A DNA stretch of 64,000 bases from Candidatus Woesearchaeota archaeon (GTDB taxonomy: Archaea > Nanobdellota > Nanobdellia > Woesearchaeales > UBA583): NCBI GenBank assembly GCA_047602745.1, contig JBLKOJ010000003.1, forward strand, positions 4,912 to 68,911, in the 5' to 3' direction. The translations under genes were made by a program, and so were the position numbers. Under the pieces are notes generated by a model. The model was not told the DNA's origin. It did no database searches and saw only the letters and a list, made by a program, of their open reading frames with translations. Numbering within the stretch: the stretch's first letter is position 1; each line of letters starts with the position of its first letter. Positions 1-10,005 of this stretch are shown one piece after another.

Positions 1-1
1 T

Positions 2-1513
2 ATTGGTATTAGTCGAGCTATTAATTCATATTTAGAATTACAAGAACCAATTATTGAAATTCCAATAACAAAAGGAAAAGAAAAAGTAATTGTAGACAAA
101 TCTGTTCAAGAAGTGAGACCAAAAACAGTTGCAGCAATTGTGAGGAACTTAGAACTTGATGAAGAAAAGTTACAGATGATTATTGATATTCAAGAAAAAA
201 TTCATGAAAGTTTTGGAAGACATAGAAAAAAAGCAGCAATTGGGGTGTATCCTATTGACAATATTACATTCCCAATTCATTTTAGAGCAAAAAAACCACA
301 AGATATTTCATTTCAACCCCTAGAAAGTAAGATTGAGATGAGAGCAGATAAAATGATTAAAAATCATCCAACTTGTAAAAAATATGCTCATCTTCTTCAA
401 GGAGCAAATGTATATCCAATTTTTACAGATAATAATGATAATATTTTATCGCTTCCTCCTCTTATTAATTCTCACGACACAGGAAGAGTTGAAGCACACC
501 ACAGAGATGTATTTATTGAGGTGAGTGGACATAATGAACATCACCTTCATAATGTACTTGTAACATTAGTAAGTGCAATTCAAGTAATGGGGGGTGAAAT
601 TGAGAGTATGCAAGTTGAGTATGTTCATGAAAATAACTATGTGTATGAATTAAATTTAAATCCAAAAGTTAAGGTACTGACAAGAGATTATATTTCATCA
701 TTAGTAGGAGTTGAGTTTACAAATAAAGAGATTATTAAACTTGGAAAAAAAATGATGTATCAAGTACGAGAACTTAATAAAAATGAATTAGAATTTACAA
801 TTCCATGTTATAAATTAGATATTTTTTCTGCGTGTGATATTGCAGATGATATCGCAAGAGCGTATGGATATAATAATATTGAGAATGTAACTCCACAAAT
901 TCCAATGGTTGGAGAAGAAATTAATTTTTCAAGACTAAGAAGAGAAATTAGACAAATTTGTGCCAATCAAGGAAATTTAGAATTATATACCTATATGCTA
1001 ACTTCAACTCAAAATCAATTTAGTAAAATGGGTAAGAATGTAGAAACTCAAAAATTTATTAAAATTAAAGATGCTGCTGAAGAAGGAATTAATATGATGA
1101 GAACAAAACTTATCCCTGAGATACTATATTCTTTACATTTAAATAGAAAAGTGAAATATCCTCAAAAAGTATTTGAAGTGGGAATGACAATTCAAAGAGA
1201 TAAAAGTCAAGACACAAAAGCAAGAAATCAGTGGCATTTAGCAAATGTGCTAGCAGGGCCTCAAATTTCATATACTCAAATTAAAGAAATGGCCGATTCA
1301 TTATTTAAACTATTAGGAATATACGAAGAAATTGAATACAAAGAGACTACAGAAAAGAGTTTTATTGAAGGAAGATGTGCTCAGATACTGTATAAAGATA
1401 GAAAATTGGGACTAATAGGGGAAATTCATCCTCAAATACTGCATAATTTTGGATTACTAGTTCCAGTAAGTGCGTATGAATTAAATTTAGAGTTTTTAAG
1501 AAAATTAGATTAG
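2..1513 (+). CDS. pheT: Phenylalanine--tRNA ligase beta subunit, archaeal type (5' partial; reading frame is open to the window start)
   Basis: The frame-2 ORF is open from nt 2 (IGISRAINSYLELQEP...). The B3/4 and B5-like regions and C-terminal core (FEVG...RCAQILY...IGEIHPQIL..F.L..PV.A.ELNLE) are typical of archaeal PheT. It ends with TAG at 1511-1513. Confidence 0.85.
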   Translation: MGISRAINSYLELQEPIIEIPITKGKEKVIVDKSVQEVRPKTVAAIVRNLELDEEKLQMIIDIQEKIHESFGRHRKKAAIGVYPIDNITFPIHFRAKKPQDISFQPLESKIEMRADKMIKNHPTCKKYAHLLQGANVYPIFTDNNDNILSLPPLINSHDTGRVEAHHRDVFIEVSGHNEHHLHNVLVTLVSAIQVMGGEIESMQVEYVHENNYVYELNLNPKVKVLTRDYISSLVGVEFTNKEIIKLGKKMMYQVRELNKNELEFTIPCYKLDIFSACDIADDIARAYGYNNIENVTPQIPMVGEEINFSRLRREIRQICANQGNLELYTYMLTSTQNQFSKMGKNVETQKFIKIKDAAEEGINMMRTKLIPEILYSLHLNRKVKYPQKVFEVGMTIQRDKSQDTKARNQWHLANVLAGPQISYTQIKEMADSLFKLLGIYEEIEYKETTEKSFIEGRCAQILYKDRKLGLIGEIHPQILHNFGLLVPVSAYELNLEFLRKLD

Positions 1514-1554
1514 AAAAAAGACAACTTAAAAAAGTGAATTTGAATTCTTTTAAT

Positions 1555-2154
1555 TTATCTTTTAAATCTTGATTTATCGATGTTTAAATGAACTTTCATT
1601 CTTGTATCTTCACTTACCTCTAGACTTAACATTTCAAATATTTTATTAATTTTATCCTCCATGACACTCATTCTACTATCTAAAAGTGTAAGTTTTTTAT
1701 CTAAAGTTTCAAGTTGTAAATTTGATAAAGAACTATCTTGATTACTAGAAGTATTAGCCACATTCATTGAATTAGTTGAACTCATTGCAGTATCAAAAGA
1801 TGTTGGATTTTGAAGAGAAAATGAAGAAGAATCTTGAGATGGAAATTGTTGTTGATTAAAAGGTTGGTCATTTGCAAGTTGTGCATTATCTTGAAAATCA
1901 GTTGATGCAGGAAATGCACTTGAATTCATTTCAGGGAGAGGAGGTTGTTGATTCATAGAAGTATTAGTAGATTCAGGAAATCTATTTGAATTAAAATTAG
2001 TATCAAGATTGTCAAAAGATGAACTTGTAGAATTCTGGTTAGAAGAAAAATTAATATTAGAATTATTCATGTTTGATTTAGAATTAGACATTGGAGGTAA
2101 TGTCATTTCATCAAGTTGATAATTTTGTTCTTTTTTTTTGAAAGGATTCAACAT
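1555..2154 (-). CDS. Hypothetical protein: N/S/Q-rich low-complexity region followed by a C-terminal coiled-coil
   Basis: 199-aa ORF. About 140 aa are dominated by N, S, Q, P and F (NMNNSNINFSSNQNSTSSSF...). A heptad-like tail follows (LQLETLDKKLTLLDSRMSVMEDKINKIFEML). I recognise no family. Confidence 0.45.
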   Translation of the reverse strand: MLNPFKKKEQNYQLDEMTLPPMSNSKSNMNNSNINFSSNQNSTSSSFDNLDTNFNSNRFPESTNTSMNQQPPLPEMNSSAFPASTDFQDNAQLANDQPFNQQQFPSQDSSSFSLQNPTSFDTAMSSTNSMNVANTSSNQDSSLSNLQLETLDKKLTLLDSRMSVMEDKINKIFEMLSLEVSEDTRMKVHLNIDKSRFKR

Positions 2155-2254
2155 ATAAAATCTTCTGATATGTTTTATTAAATATTTTGTAGTTACTAAA
2201 AAGGAGAGGAATTTTTAAGAACTAATTTGATCTTAAGAAGATTTTAAATAATCT

Positions 2255-2953
2255 TTATTTTAATTTAATAATACTATTTTTTGATGTAATAGCATACAGA
2301 GGAAGAGGAGATTTAGGCTCCCAAGAAATACTTTGAAAATAATGTATCTCTTCTATTTTTCCTTCTAATTCTTGATGAAAATGACCAAAAATAAGAGTAT
2401 TTTTTTTAAATGTATTTGATACTGAATATCTGCTGTAGATTTTCTTAATTTTATGCATTTGAGGAGATGAATTAGGAATTGTTTTTTTTAATGTTGATTT
2501 TACATACATTCTTAGAGCATTTTTAAAAGGAAGAATTCTTAATATTTGATGAAAAATATATCTTGAATCTAACTCATGTCCATGAATACATACATAATTA
2601 TTTGAGTTAATAGTTATATTAAAATAATTTGTAAATTCTATTTGTATATTTTTACTCAATTCTATATGATTATTTTTAATAAAAAATTCATCATGATTTC
2701 CAGATATCCATATTAAATTTTGAGTTTTTGATGATAGCAATACAAGTAATGAAGTAAGTTTTTTTAAAAATTTCTTGTGCTTTTCTTTTGTGTAATATTC
2801 AACACTTTCATCAATAAAATCTCCATTAATAATTATGTATTGAGTTTGAATATGTTCAAGTTGATTGTTGAATTTTGAAATAACTAAATCAATTGTTGTA
2901 AATGTTATATGTAAATCAGAGAAGAATAAAATTTGATAATTGCTAGTACTCAT
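2255..2953 (-). CDS. Calcineurin-like metallophosphoesterase (LpxH/COG2908-like architecture)
   Basis: The ordered metallophosphoesterase motifs are present: FFSDLHI, INGDFID, ISGNHD, IHGHELD, IFGHFH. Confidence 0.7.
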   Translation of the reverse strand: MSTSNYQILFFSDLHITFTTIDLVISKFNNQLEHIQTQYIIINGDFIDESVEYYTKEKHKKFLKKLTSLLVLLSSKTQNLIWISGNHDEFFIKNNHIELSKNIQIEFTNYFNITINSNNYVCIHGHELDSRYIFHQILRILPFKNALRMYVKSTLKKTIPNSSPQMHKIKKIYSRYSVSNTFKKNTLIFGHFHQELEGKIEEIHYFQSISWEPKSPLPLYAITSKNSIIKLK

Positions 2954-3003
2954 AATTATAATATTGAGTAAATATTTTAAATAGTTATTGTTTTAATATT
3001 GTA

Positions 3004-3747
3004 ATGATAGAAATAAATTCTTCTCCTAGACCTTCAATTTTAGATTCTAAAAGTAAGAATACCATATCTTTGATTTCAAATTCTGCAATTGATTCAATAC
3101 TCCCTTCAATTACACAAGACACAATAACTACTGTGTATGGTCCTCCTGCTAGTGGGAAAACTACATTAATGCTACAATATGCTCTTGAGGCTATAAAACA
3201 TGGAAAAAAAGTAATCTTTGTAGATACTGAGGGAGGTTTTTCAGTTGAGAGATTGTATCAATTAGGTGCAAAAGAAGACAATTTATCTTCAATAATTCAT
3301 TTCACCCCTAAAAGTTTTGAAGAACAACAACGAACTATTTTACAACTTAATAGACAAATTAAAAATGATAAAAGTATTGGTCTTATAATTATAGATAGTT
3401 TAGTAATGCTCTATAGATTAAAGCTTGGAGATGCTCCTCAAAAAATTAATACAGAACTTGGAGAACAACTTAGAATGCTTACTGAACTTTCAAGAAATTT
3501 TAATATTGCAATACTTGCAACAAATCAAATGTACCAAGATTTTGAAACAAAAGAGACTAAAATGGTTGGAGGAAATGTTATCCATTATTGGTCAAAAACA
3601 ATTGTTGAACTTACCAATGAAGGACTTGATAAAAAAGCAATTTTAAAAAAACATAAATTTATTGAGAGTGGAAAAGAGATTCTCTATTCTATAAAAAATA
3701 AAGGATTAATTGCACACAAATCAAGAGGATTTACCTTTTTTAAGTAG
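3004..3747 (+). CDS. radB: DNA repair and recombination protein RadB (RecA/RadA paralogue)
   Basis: Walker A GPPASGKTTL, Walker B-like IIIDSL, and VIFVDTEGGFSVERL. The short size (247 aa), lack of an N-terminal HhH domain and the C-terminal KAILKKHKF..GKEILYSI are typical of RadB. Confidence 0.8.
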   Translation: MIEINSSPRPSILDSKSKNTISLISNSAIDSILPSITQDTITTVYGPPASGKTTLMLQYALEAIKHGKKVIFVDTEGGFSVERLYQLGAKEDNLSSIIHFTPKSFEEQQRTILQLNRQIKNDKSIGLIIIDSLVMLYRLKLGDAPQKINTELGEQLRMLTELSRNFNIAILATNQMYQDFETKETKMVGGNVIHYWSKTIVELTNEGLDKKAILKKHKFIESGKEILYSIKNKGLIAHKSRGFTFFK

Positions 3748-3896
3748 AACTTACTCATTAGTTTATAAATAATAGAATTTTTCTAATAAGTTCATATTTG
3801 TTTCTAATTATTTTTCTTTTTAAAAGTTATATCTATAAATTAACAAATATTTTTTCCATTTTGTTTTATAATAAAATATCTACTATTAAGTTTTAC

Positions 3897-5060
3897 ATGC
3901 AAAACTTTGTTACTACTAATTTAGGACATGATATTTTGTCTCCTTTTTCTCCATCTGCAAATTCAGATTTAGGTATAAAATCTAATATTAGTAGTATATT
4001 TTTTCCTCAAAGTTATTTTACTAGTTCTGAGCCAACAGTTATAGTTGACCATAGAACTGGAGCTAAAAAAATGCCTCATCAAAATTCATTTTGGCAAAGA
4101 AGTTTTCCCTTGTCAAGATCAACAGACTATTGTATATATGATTCAAATGCACCTGTTGAAAATGAATATATTACCTATTTAAATTCTAGAGGATTAGGTT
4201 CTAAATTAATTAGTTCAGATGAAGCTTCTAAATTTTCTTCATCATATAGACGATTTCAGTTTAAACCTCAAAGTAACCCTATAAATAGAGAGCTTTCAGA
4301 TAAAGAGATTTTTTTAAAATTTTGCGAATCTAGTGGAGTCAATGTTGAAAGTTTTGATTCTTATACATCGGATAATATTTCTAAGAAATCTTTAGAAAAA
4401 ATTTTAGAAAAATTTGGTGACCAAGTAATTTTAAGAGATGTTGAAGGATCAGGAGGAGTTGGAATTTATGTGTTAAGAAAAGGAGATAATGAAAAAGAAG
4501 TATTAGAAGGAATACTTAAAGATTCTAAACGAGGTTCAATTAAATATGTAGCCCAGAAATTTCATGAAGATGTAACATCACCGAGTTGTATTGGTGTTTG
4601 TGATGAACGAGGATTTAGAATTTTAAATAATACGGAGCAAATTATTGATGATAATGCTTATGCAGGAACGTATTTAACTATGCGTTGTGATGATCCTACG
4701 ATTTTGTCTATGACTCAAAAAATTGGGAATTCATTATTTGAAAATGGATATAGAGGAGCATTTGGGGTAGATTATATTAGAACTCCTCAAGGCTTGTTAT
4801 TACCAATTGAGTTAAATGCAAGAGCAACAGCAGCTTTTTATCCTCATGAGGTTTTATGTAGGTTAAGGGAAAATGGAAACAGCTTTGAAGAAATATCAAA
4901 TACTGCTTATGAACCAACTCACAGAGCTTTTCCTTCATTTAAAGAATTTTATAATTCTCCTCAAAGAAAGGAAATTGAATCAAAATATGGTAGAGATTTA
5001 ATATTTTCTCAACCAGGTTTATTAAAAGATGCAATGATATCAGTATTAGTTCCAAAATAA
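3897..5060 (+). CDS. ATP-grasp superfamily ligase (unknown substrate)
   Basis: Glycine-rich loop DVEGSGGVGIYVL and C-terminal signature AFGVDYIRTPQGLLLPIELNARA. I moved the start to ATG 3897, because the first 33 codons of the track ORF are F/I/L-rich translation of promoter-like AT-rich DNA. Confidence 0.55.
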   Translation: MQNFVTTNLGHDILSPFSPSANSDLGIKSNISSIFFPQSYFTSSEPTVIVDHRTGAKKMPHQNSFWQRSFPLSRSTDYCIYDSNAPVENEYITYLNSRGLGSKLISSDEASKFSSSYRRFQFKPQSNPINRELSDKEIFLKFCESSGVNVESFDSYTSDNISKKSLEKILEKFGDQVILRDVEGSGGVGIYVLRKGDNEKEVLEGILKDSKRGSIKYVAQKFHEDVTSPSCIGVCDERGFRILNNTEQIIDDNAYAGTYLTMRCDDPTILSMTQKIGNSLFENGYRGAFGVDYIRTPQGLLLPIELNARATAAFYPHEVLCRLRENGNSFEEISNTAYEPTHRAFPSFKEFYNSPQRKEIESKYGRDLIFSQPGLLKDAMISVLVPK

Positions 5061-5068
5061 CTTGAAAA

Positions 5069-5584
5069 ATGAAACATTTAATAGATAATAATAAAATAAT
5101 GATATTTGGATATGGGTCTTTATTATCAGAACAATCTTTAAAAAAAACTGCTCCAGATTCCAAAATAATATCTAATGGAATTTTAAAAAATTATCTCAGA
5201 ATTTTTAATAAGCCTACTAAAAATGAATTTGTTGCTGCATTAAATTTAGTTGAAAATGAAGGAAATATTGTAAATGGAGTTGTAATTGAACTTGATAGGA
5301 AAGATATTTTTAATTTACTTAAAAGAGAATTTAGATATAATATGAAACTTATAAAAATTCAAACTTCTCAGGGTGATATTGAAGCTTATACGTTTGTATA
5401 TCAACAAGAGGAAGAACGAGAATTTATGTATGAAAGTAAAGAACAAGCTGAATATGTTGAAGTATGTATTCAAGGAGCAAAAGAGAGAGGAATTGATTTT
5501 TATGAAAATTTTATGAAAACAACTTTTGTGGAAAAAAAAGTGAATTTGAATCAATACTATGATAAGAATAATAGGAGTAATTAA
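5069..5584 (+). CDS. Gamma-glutamylcyclotransferase-like (GGCT/AIG2/GGACT fold) protein
   Basis: N-terminal IFGYGSLLS (the YGSL motif of the GGCT fold). A later block, NGVVIELDRKDIFNLLKREFRYN...IEAYTFVY, matches the usual G.vyel...L D..E..Y.R...A..Y pattern and includes the candidate catalytic Glu. It lies 8 nt after the upstream gene and 2 nt before the next. Confidence 0.6.
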   Translation: MKHLIDNNKIMIFGYGSLLSEQSLKKTAPDSKIISNGILKNYLRIFNKPTKNEFVAALNLVENEGNIVNGVVIELDRKDIFNLLKREFRYNMKLIKIQTSQGDIEAYTFVYQQEEEREFMYESKEQAEYVEVCIQGAKERGIDFYENFMKTTFVEKKVNLNQYYDKNNRSN

Positions 5585-5586
5585 AA

Positions 5587-6753
5587 GTGACGCAGTTTAA
5601 TAATTTATTTAAAGAGGAATTTTCAAATCCATATTTATCTGATAATATTAGAAAAAAATATCTCAATTTAACTGGAATTGATATACCGTTATACAAGACT
5701 CCTGCTGTATTTAATTTAGAAGAAATAAAATCTCTAAAGGATGTTTCAATTTTTTGGAATAATGTTTCTAAATATGTGTTTGAAAAGCTTCAATCTAAAA
5801 ACCCTCTCTTGCTTGAGAGATTTCCTGAAATAGCAACTCTTAATGATACATCAAGAACTAATTTTTCAGTTCCTCCTTTAATGAGACTAGATACATTAAT
5901 TTCAAAAAGTGGAACTCCTAAGATTATTGAATGTAATTCACAATTTCCAGGAAATTTAGGAATTAACTCCCTTCAAATTTCAGATTTTTATGATGAATCA
6001 AAATTACATGAAAAAGGTATTGGAAGATTTTTACCTTTTGAAAATACAGTTAATTTTATGGAAAATCAAGCTCGAAATTCAAATACAATTACATTTATTG
6101 AAGAACCTAATGATGAATCTCTTAAAGAGACTAAACTCATAGGAGAAGAGCTACAAAAAAAAGGAATTGAAGTTAGATATAGAAGTAGTGATGAGGATTT
6201 AAGTGATCTTAGAGGTGCTGTAATAAAAAGAGTTGTTAGAAGAAATGATTCTCTAGAAAGATTAGTTCAAGAAGGCAAAGTTGATTTAACAAATCCTTAT
6301 TGGTCGTATGTCGTTGGAAATAAAGGTTTACTTGCACTATTAAGAAATCCAGAATTTTCAAAAGATTTTACAGATGAAATTTATTATGGGGTTGATAATT
6401 TTTTACCTCAAACTTTGTACATTGAAGACTTGAGTACTCAACTTAGAGAACAGATTAGGACTAATAAAGATAAGTATGTAATTAAAGGTAAATCTAGTTT
6501 TGGGGGGAATGGAGTTAATATCGGTGCAGAATTGACTCAGGAAAATTGGGAAACAGCTCTCAATACCTCTTTAAATGATAATATTGTTCAAGAAAGAGTT
6601 GATGCATTGACATATAATGGGATGCCTTTTGATATAGGAATTGTTATGATTGAAGGGAAATTTTCAAATCCTTGGGCAAGAATTTCAACTCGGGGTAGTT
6701 TGAAAACAAATATGCATTTAGGAGGATTTGGAGTTGCTTGTTATAGAAAATAA
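5587..6753 (+). CDS. ATP-grasp superfamily ligase (glutathionylspermidine-synthase / glutathione-synthase-like layout)
   Basis: Motifs seen: IIECNSQFPG, YVIKGKSSFGGNGVNIG (glycine-rich loop), IVQERVD, and C-terminal ARISTRGSLKTNMHLGG. It has a GTG start immediately after the GGCT-like gene. Confidence 0.5.
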   Translation: MTQFNNLFKEEFSNPYLSDNIRKKYLNLTGIDIPLYKTPAVFNLEEIKSLKDVSIFWNNVSKYVFEKLQSKNPLLLERFPEIATLNDTSRTNFSVPPLMRLDTLISKSGTPKIIECNSQFPGNLGINSLQISDFYDESKLHEKGIGRFLPFENTVNFMENQARNSNTITFIEEPNDESLKETKLIGEELQKKGIEVRYRSSDEDLSDLRGAVIKRVVRRNDSLERLVQEGKVDLTNPYWSYVVGNKGLLALLRNPEFSKDFTDEIYYGVDNFLPQTLYIEDLSTQLREQIRTNKDKYVIKGKSSFGGNGVNIGAELTQENWETALNTSLNDNIVQERVDALTYNGMPFDIGIVMIEGKFSNPWARISTRGSLKTNMHLGGFGVACYRK

Positions 6754-6987
6754 TGAGAGTTGTTAAATTCTTATTTATTTTTTAACTAATTATCTTACAT
6801 AAGTAAATAATTTTAAACTTTTTTTCCATCCTTTCTCTACATAACAATTTTCAATATTTTTTTGGATATAGTTATCCTATAAATATTTACACTATAATGA
6901 GAACATGTCCATTCATTAAGATTTTAGAAGTTGTGTAAAAGAAGAAAGTACTTATATTCTAAATAAACTTGCAAAAAATTATATTGT

Positions 6988-7575
6988 TCATTCCCATTTA
7001 TGAGAAATTTTTTCTAAAAAACTCCATTTAAATATTTCTTCTTCTGAAACTATCCATAGCATATTTTCTAATGGTGATAAAATTATATCTTTTGAACCTT
7101 TATTTTCACAATTTATTTCTATTAGTGGAATATTATTATCTTCTATATACCTCCTCCCCTCATCAGAAACATATCCGATTGAAAAAAAATTTTCTCTATC
7201 AAATTTTTTTTCATTTATAAGTTTCATAAAATAACTTTGACTCATTGATGGAGGGATATGAGAAAGAATATAGTTCGTAACTCCATTTGTTTTATATGAT
7301 GACCCAATAATACTACATTTATTTACAAATGGTGCAATTAACAGCTTTCTAGAGCTTTCTTCAACTCCTAATTCTCGAACTTCTGCAAATTCTTCTTCTG
7401 AAATTAGTTCTAAAGTTTTTGAAAAATATTTATCTCTAATTTTTTTTGTCCTAATGTCGTTTGGATTTCCAGTTTCAAAATAAGTACTCAAGTCTATATT
7501 TTGAAAATCAAGATGTGAAAAGTCAATTTCATATGGAGTTTCATTAGATTTCATTAAAAAGTAGTAAAATATCAT
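6988..7575 (-). CDS. Hypothetical protein
   Basis: 195-aa ORF with no recognisable motifs. Its coding-like composition is the only support. Confidence 0.35.
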   Translation of the reverse strand: MIFYYFLMKSNETPYEIDFSHLDFQNIDLSTYFETGNPNDIRTKKIRDKYFSKTLELISEEEFAEVRELGVEESSRKLLIAPFVNKCSIIGSSYKTNGVTNYILSHIPPSMSQSYFMKLINEKKFDRENFFSIGYVSDEGRRYIEDNNIPLIEINCENKGSKDIILSPLENMLWIVSEEEIFKWSFLEKISHKWE

Positions 7576-7920
7576 AATTTATAAAATTATGGTAAAAATG
7601 GCTTCTAAATTTAACTCCTAATTAATTCAATGCGATTCAACTAGATTGAGTACTCAACTCTAAGAAAAAAGTAGAAAACTGCCAATTGTTTATCGTAATA
7701 ATTATTAAAATTTTGAACATTTTTCTCAAATGATAATCTAGATTATTTTCCAAATAACTTTATCTACATAAAATATTTCATCAAATTTATATCTAACAGG
7801 AACTAGAATTTTTCTACTTTTTCATTGAATTTATTTTACTTCTAAATAGAATCTTTAGAAGTTTTTGAAAAAATCTAGCAAATATATTTCTCTATTAAAT
7901 TAGAGTAAAATCAAAAAAAA

Positions 7921-9780
7921 TTATTTTTTATCAGAGTCTTTTTCCTCTGCTTGAGCATCTACTACTTTTTCTCCATCTTTTGTTGTATCATCTTGTCCTT
8001 GACTATCTTGGGAATTAGATGGTTGTTGCTCTTGTGCCATTTTAGCATACATTTCACTAAATACCGCTTGTGCTTGTGTATTAATTTCCTCAATTTTAGT
8101 TTTAATTTTCTCAATATCTCTTGTTTCTTCTTTAACTAATGCGTCTAGTTCATCTACTAAGTCTAATACAGATTTAACTTTTGCTTCATCAATTTTTTCT
8201 TTATTCTCGTCAAGAGTTTTTTTTGTCTGATAAATAAGTTGCTCAGCTTGATTTACTGTTTCAATTTCATCTTTTCTCTTAGCATCCTCTTCTGCGTGTT
8301 TTTCAGCATCTTCTTGCATTTTCTTAATCTCTTCATCACTTAAATTAGTTGACGCTGTAATTGTAATATCAGTCTCTTTTCCAGTTCCTAAATCTTTTGC
8401 TCCAACTTTTACAATACCATTTGCATCAATATCAAATGTCACTTCAATTTGTGGGACTCCACGAGGAGCAGGAGGAATACCTTCTAAATTAAAACTTCCA
8501 AGTACTTTATTATCATTAAACATAGACCTTTCTCCTTGAGCAACTCTAATAGTTACTGCTTGTTGATTATCTTCTGCTGTTGAGTATACTTGTGATTTTT
8601 TTGTAGGAATAGTAGTATTTTTTTCAATCATTTTTGTAAATACACCTCCTAATGTTTCAATTCCTAAACTCAGTGGAGTTACATCTAGTAATAGTACATC
8701 TTTCACTTCTCCTGCGAGCACTCCCCCCTGAATTGCAGCACCTAGTGCAACAGCTTCATCGGGATTTACAGATTTATCAGCATCCTTACCACTTAATTCT
8801 TTAACTAATTCTTGAACTGCAGGAATTCTTGTTGAACCTCCAACTAAGATAATTTTATTAATTTCACTCTCTTTTAATCCTGAATCTTTAATTGCCTGCT
8901 GAGTTGGAACTTTTAATTTTTTCAAGATAGGGTCAATTAATTCGTTAAATTTAGCCCTACTAATTTTCATATCTAAGTGTTTAGGACCACTACTGTCAGC
9001 AGTAATAAATGGTTCACTAATTTGAACTTCTGTTTTTGATGATAATTCAATTTTAGCTTTTTCAGCTGCAAGTTTAATTCTCTGAGCACTTTGCGGATCG
9101 TTTTTCAAATCAATTCCATTCTCTTTTTTAAATTCATCTGCAATATAATTCATCACAATATCATCTACATTATCTCCTCCAAGTTTATTATCTCCTGCTG
9201 TTGATTTAACTTCAAAGACTCCATCATCTAACTCTAAAACTGAAACATCAAAAGTCCCCCCTCCAAAGTCAAACACTAAAATATTATGAGCATCAGCTTT
9301 ATCAAGTCCATATGCAAGAGCAGCTGCTGTTGGTTCATTAATAATTCTTTGAACATCAAGGCCTGCAATTTTTCCAGCATCTTTTGTAGCTTGTCTTTGA
9401 GCATCGCTAAAATATGCAGGAACAGTAATTACTGCTTTTGTAATTTTTTCTCCTAAATAACTCTGGGCATCTGCTTTTAATTTACCTAAAGTCACTGCAG
9501 AAATTTCTTGTGGGGTATATTTTTTCCCGTGAATTTCAACTTTATAATCTTCTCCCATATGAGTTTTAATGGAGAGAACTGTCTCTTTTGGTTTCACAAT
9601 TGCTTGTTTTTTTGCGTGTTCTCCTACAATTCTCTCGCCATCAGCACTAATATGAACTACTGAAGGAGTAGTTCTAGCACCTTCACTATTTGGAATAACT
9701 GTCGCTTTTCCACCTTCAATAATTGAAATACAACTATTAGTTGTACCTAAATCAATTCCGAGTATTTTTTCTTTTGCCAT
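7921..9780 (-). CDS. dnaK: Molecular chaperone DnaK (Hsp70)
   Basis: Hsp70 signatures are present: [22 protein letters not shown] and [12 protein letters not shown], plus a substrate-binding domain and an acidic tail. Confidence 0.95.
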   Translation of the reverse strand: MAKEKILGIDLGTTNSCISIIEGGKATVIPNSEGARTTPSVVHISADGERIVGEHAKKQAIVKPKETVLSIKTHMGEDYKVEIHGKKYTPQEISAVTLGKLKADAQSYLGEKITKAVITVPAYFSDAQRQATKDAGKIAGLDVQRIINEPTAAALAYGLDKADAHNILVFDFGGGTFDVSVLELDDGVFEVKSTAGDNKLGGDNVDDIVMNYIADEFKKENGIDLKNDPQSAQRIKLAAEKAKIELSSKTEVQISEPFITADSSGPKHLDMKISRAKFNELIDPILKKLKVPTQQAIKDSGLKESEINKIILVGGSTRIPAVQELVKELSGKDADKSVNPDEAVALGAAIQGGVLAGEVKDVLLLDVTPLSLGIETLGGVFTKMIEKNTTIPTKKSQVYSTAEDNQQAVTIRVAQGERSMFNDNKVLGSFNLEGIPPAPRGVPQIEVTFDIDANGIVKVGAKDLGTGKETDITITASTNLSDEEIKKMQEDAEKHAEEDAKRKDEIETVNQAEQLIYQTKKTLDENKEKIDEAKVKSVLDLVDELDALVKEETRDIEKIKTKIEEINTQAQAVFSEMYAKMAQEQQPSNSQDSQGQDDTTKDGEKVVDAQAEEKDSDKK

Positions 9781-10005
9781 TTTATGCTATATTTATTTTC
9801 CTAAATCCTTATTATATATAAAACTTTTAGGATTTGTTAATATTTCTAAGCTAGTTCTATTTATAAATATTTTCTTTTTATCTCAAAAACGCACTTTTAT
9901 CTAAATTTTTAGATTTTTATTGAAATTGCAATCAATTTTTCAGAGGTATGTTCTCATTTAAAAATAGTTAAAAACTAATAAGTATTATAATTAAAAGGTA
10001 ATTCT

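Noticed and set aside
3798-3896. N-terminal extensions of track ORFs: 3798-3896, 41490-41555 for enolase, 32305-32364 for aIF2-alpha, 47475-47522 for sufC, 44821-44826 for the RSH.
   Set aside because: The extensions are hydrophobic AT-rich read-through. Internal ATGs give N-termini that match the conserved starts of the respective families.
7951-8139. Antisense or overlapping short ORFs throughout the track. Examples: 7951-8139 in dnaK, 18322-18561 and 19149-19343 in uvrB, 3425-3646, 4939-5163, 5315-5696, 10224-10421, 16459-17050, 38215-38433, 40615-40908, 42623-42898, 43021-43281, 46461-46781, 58918-59223.
   Set aside because: Each is embedded in, or antisense to, a longer ORF with clear family motifs. 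Their translations are F/I/L/K/N-rich low-complexity strings, as expected from AT-rich DNA.
9781-10005. A short imperfect palindrome (TCCTAAA ... TTTAGGA) in the dnaK/pilin divergent promoter region as a heat-shock operator.
   Set aside because: It is only 7 bp with a loop of about 24 nt in AT-rich DNA, so it is easily produced by chance. It does not resemble a CIRCE-type element.
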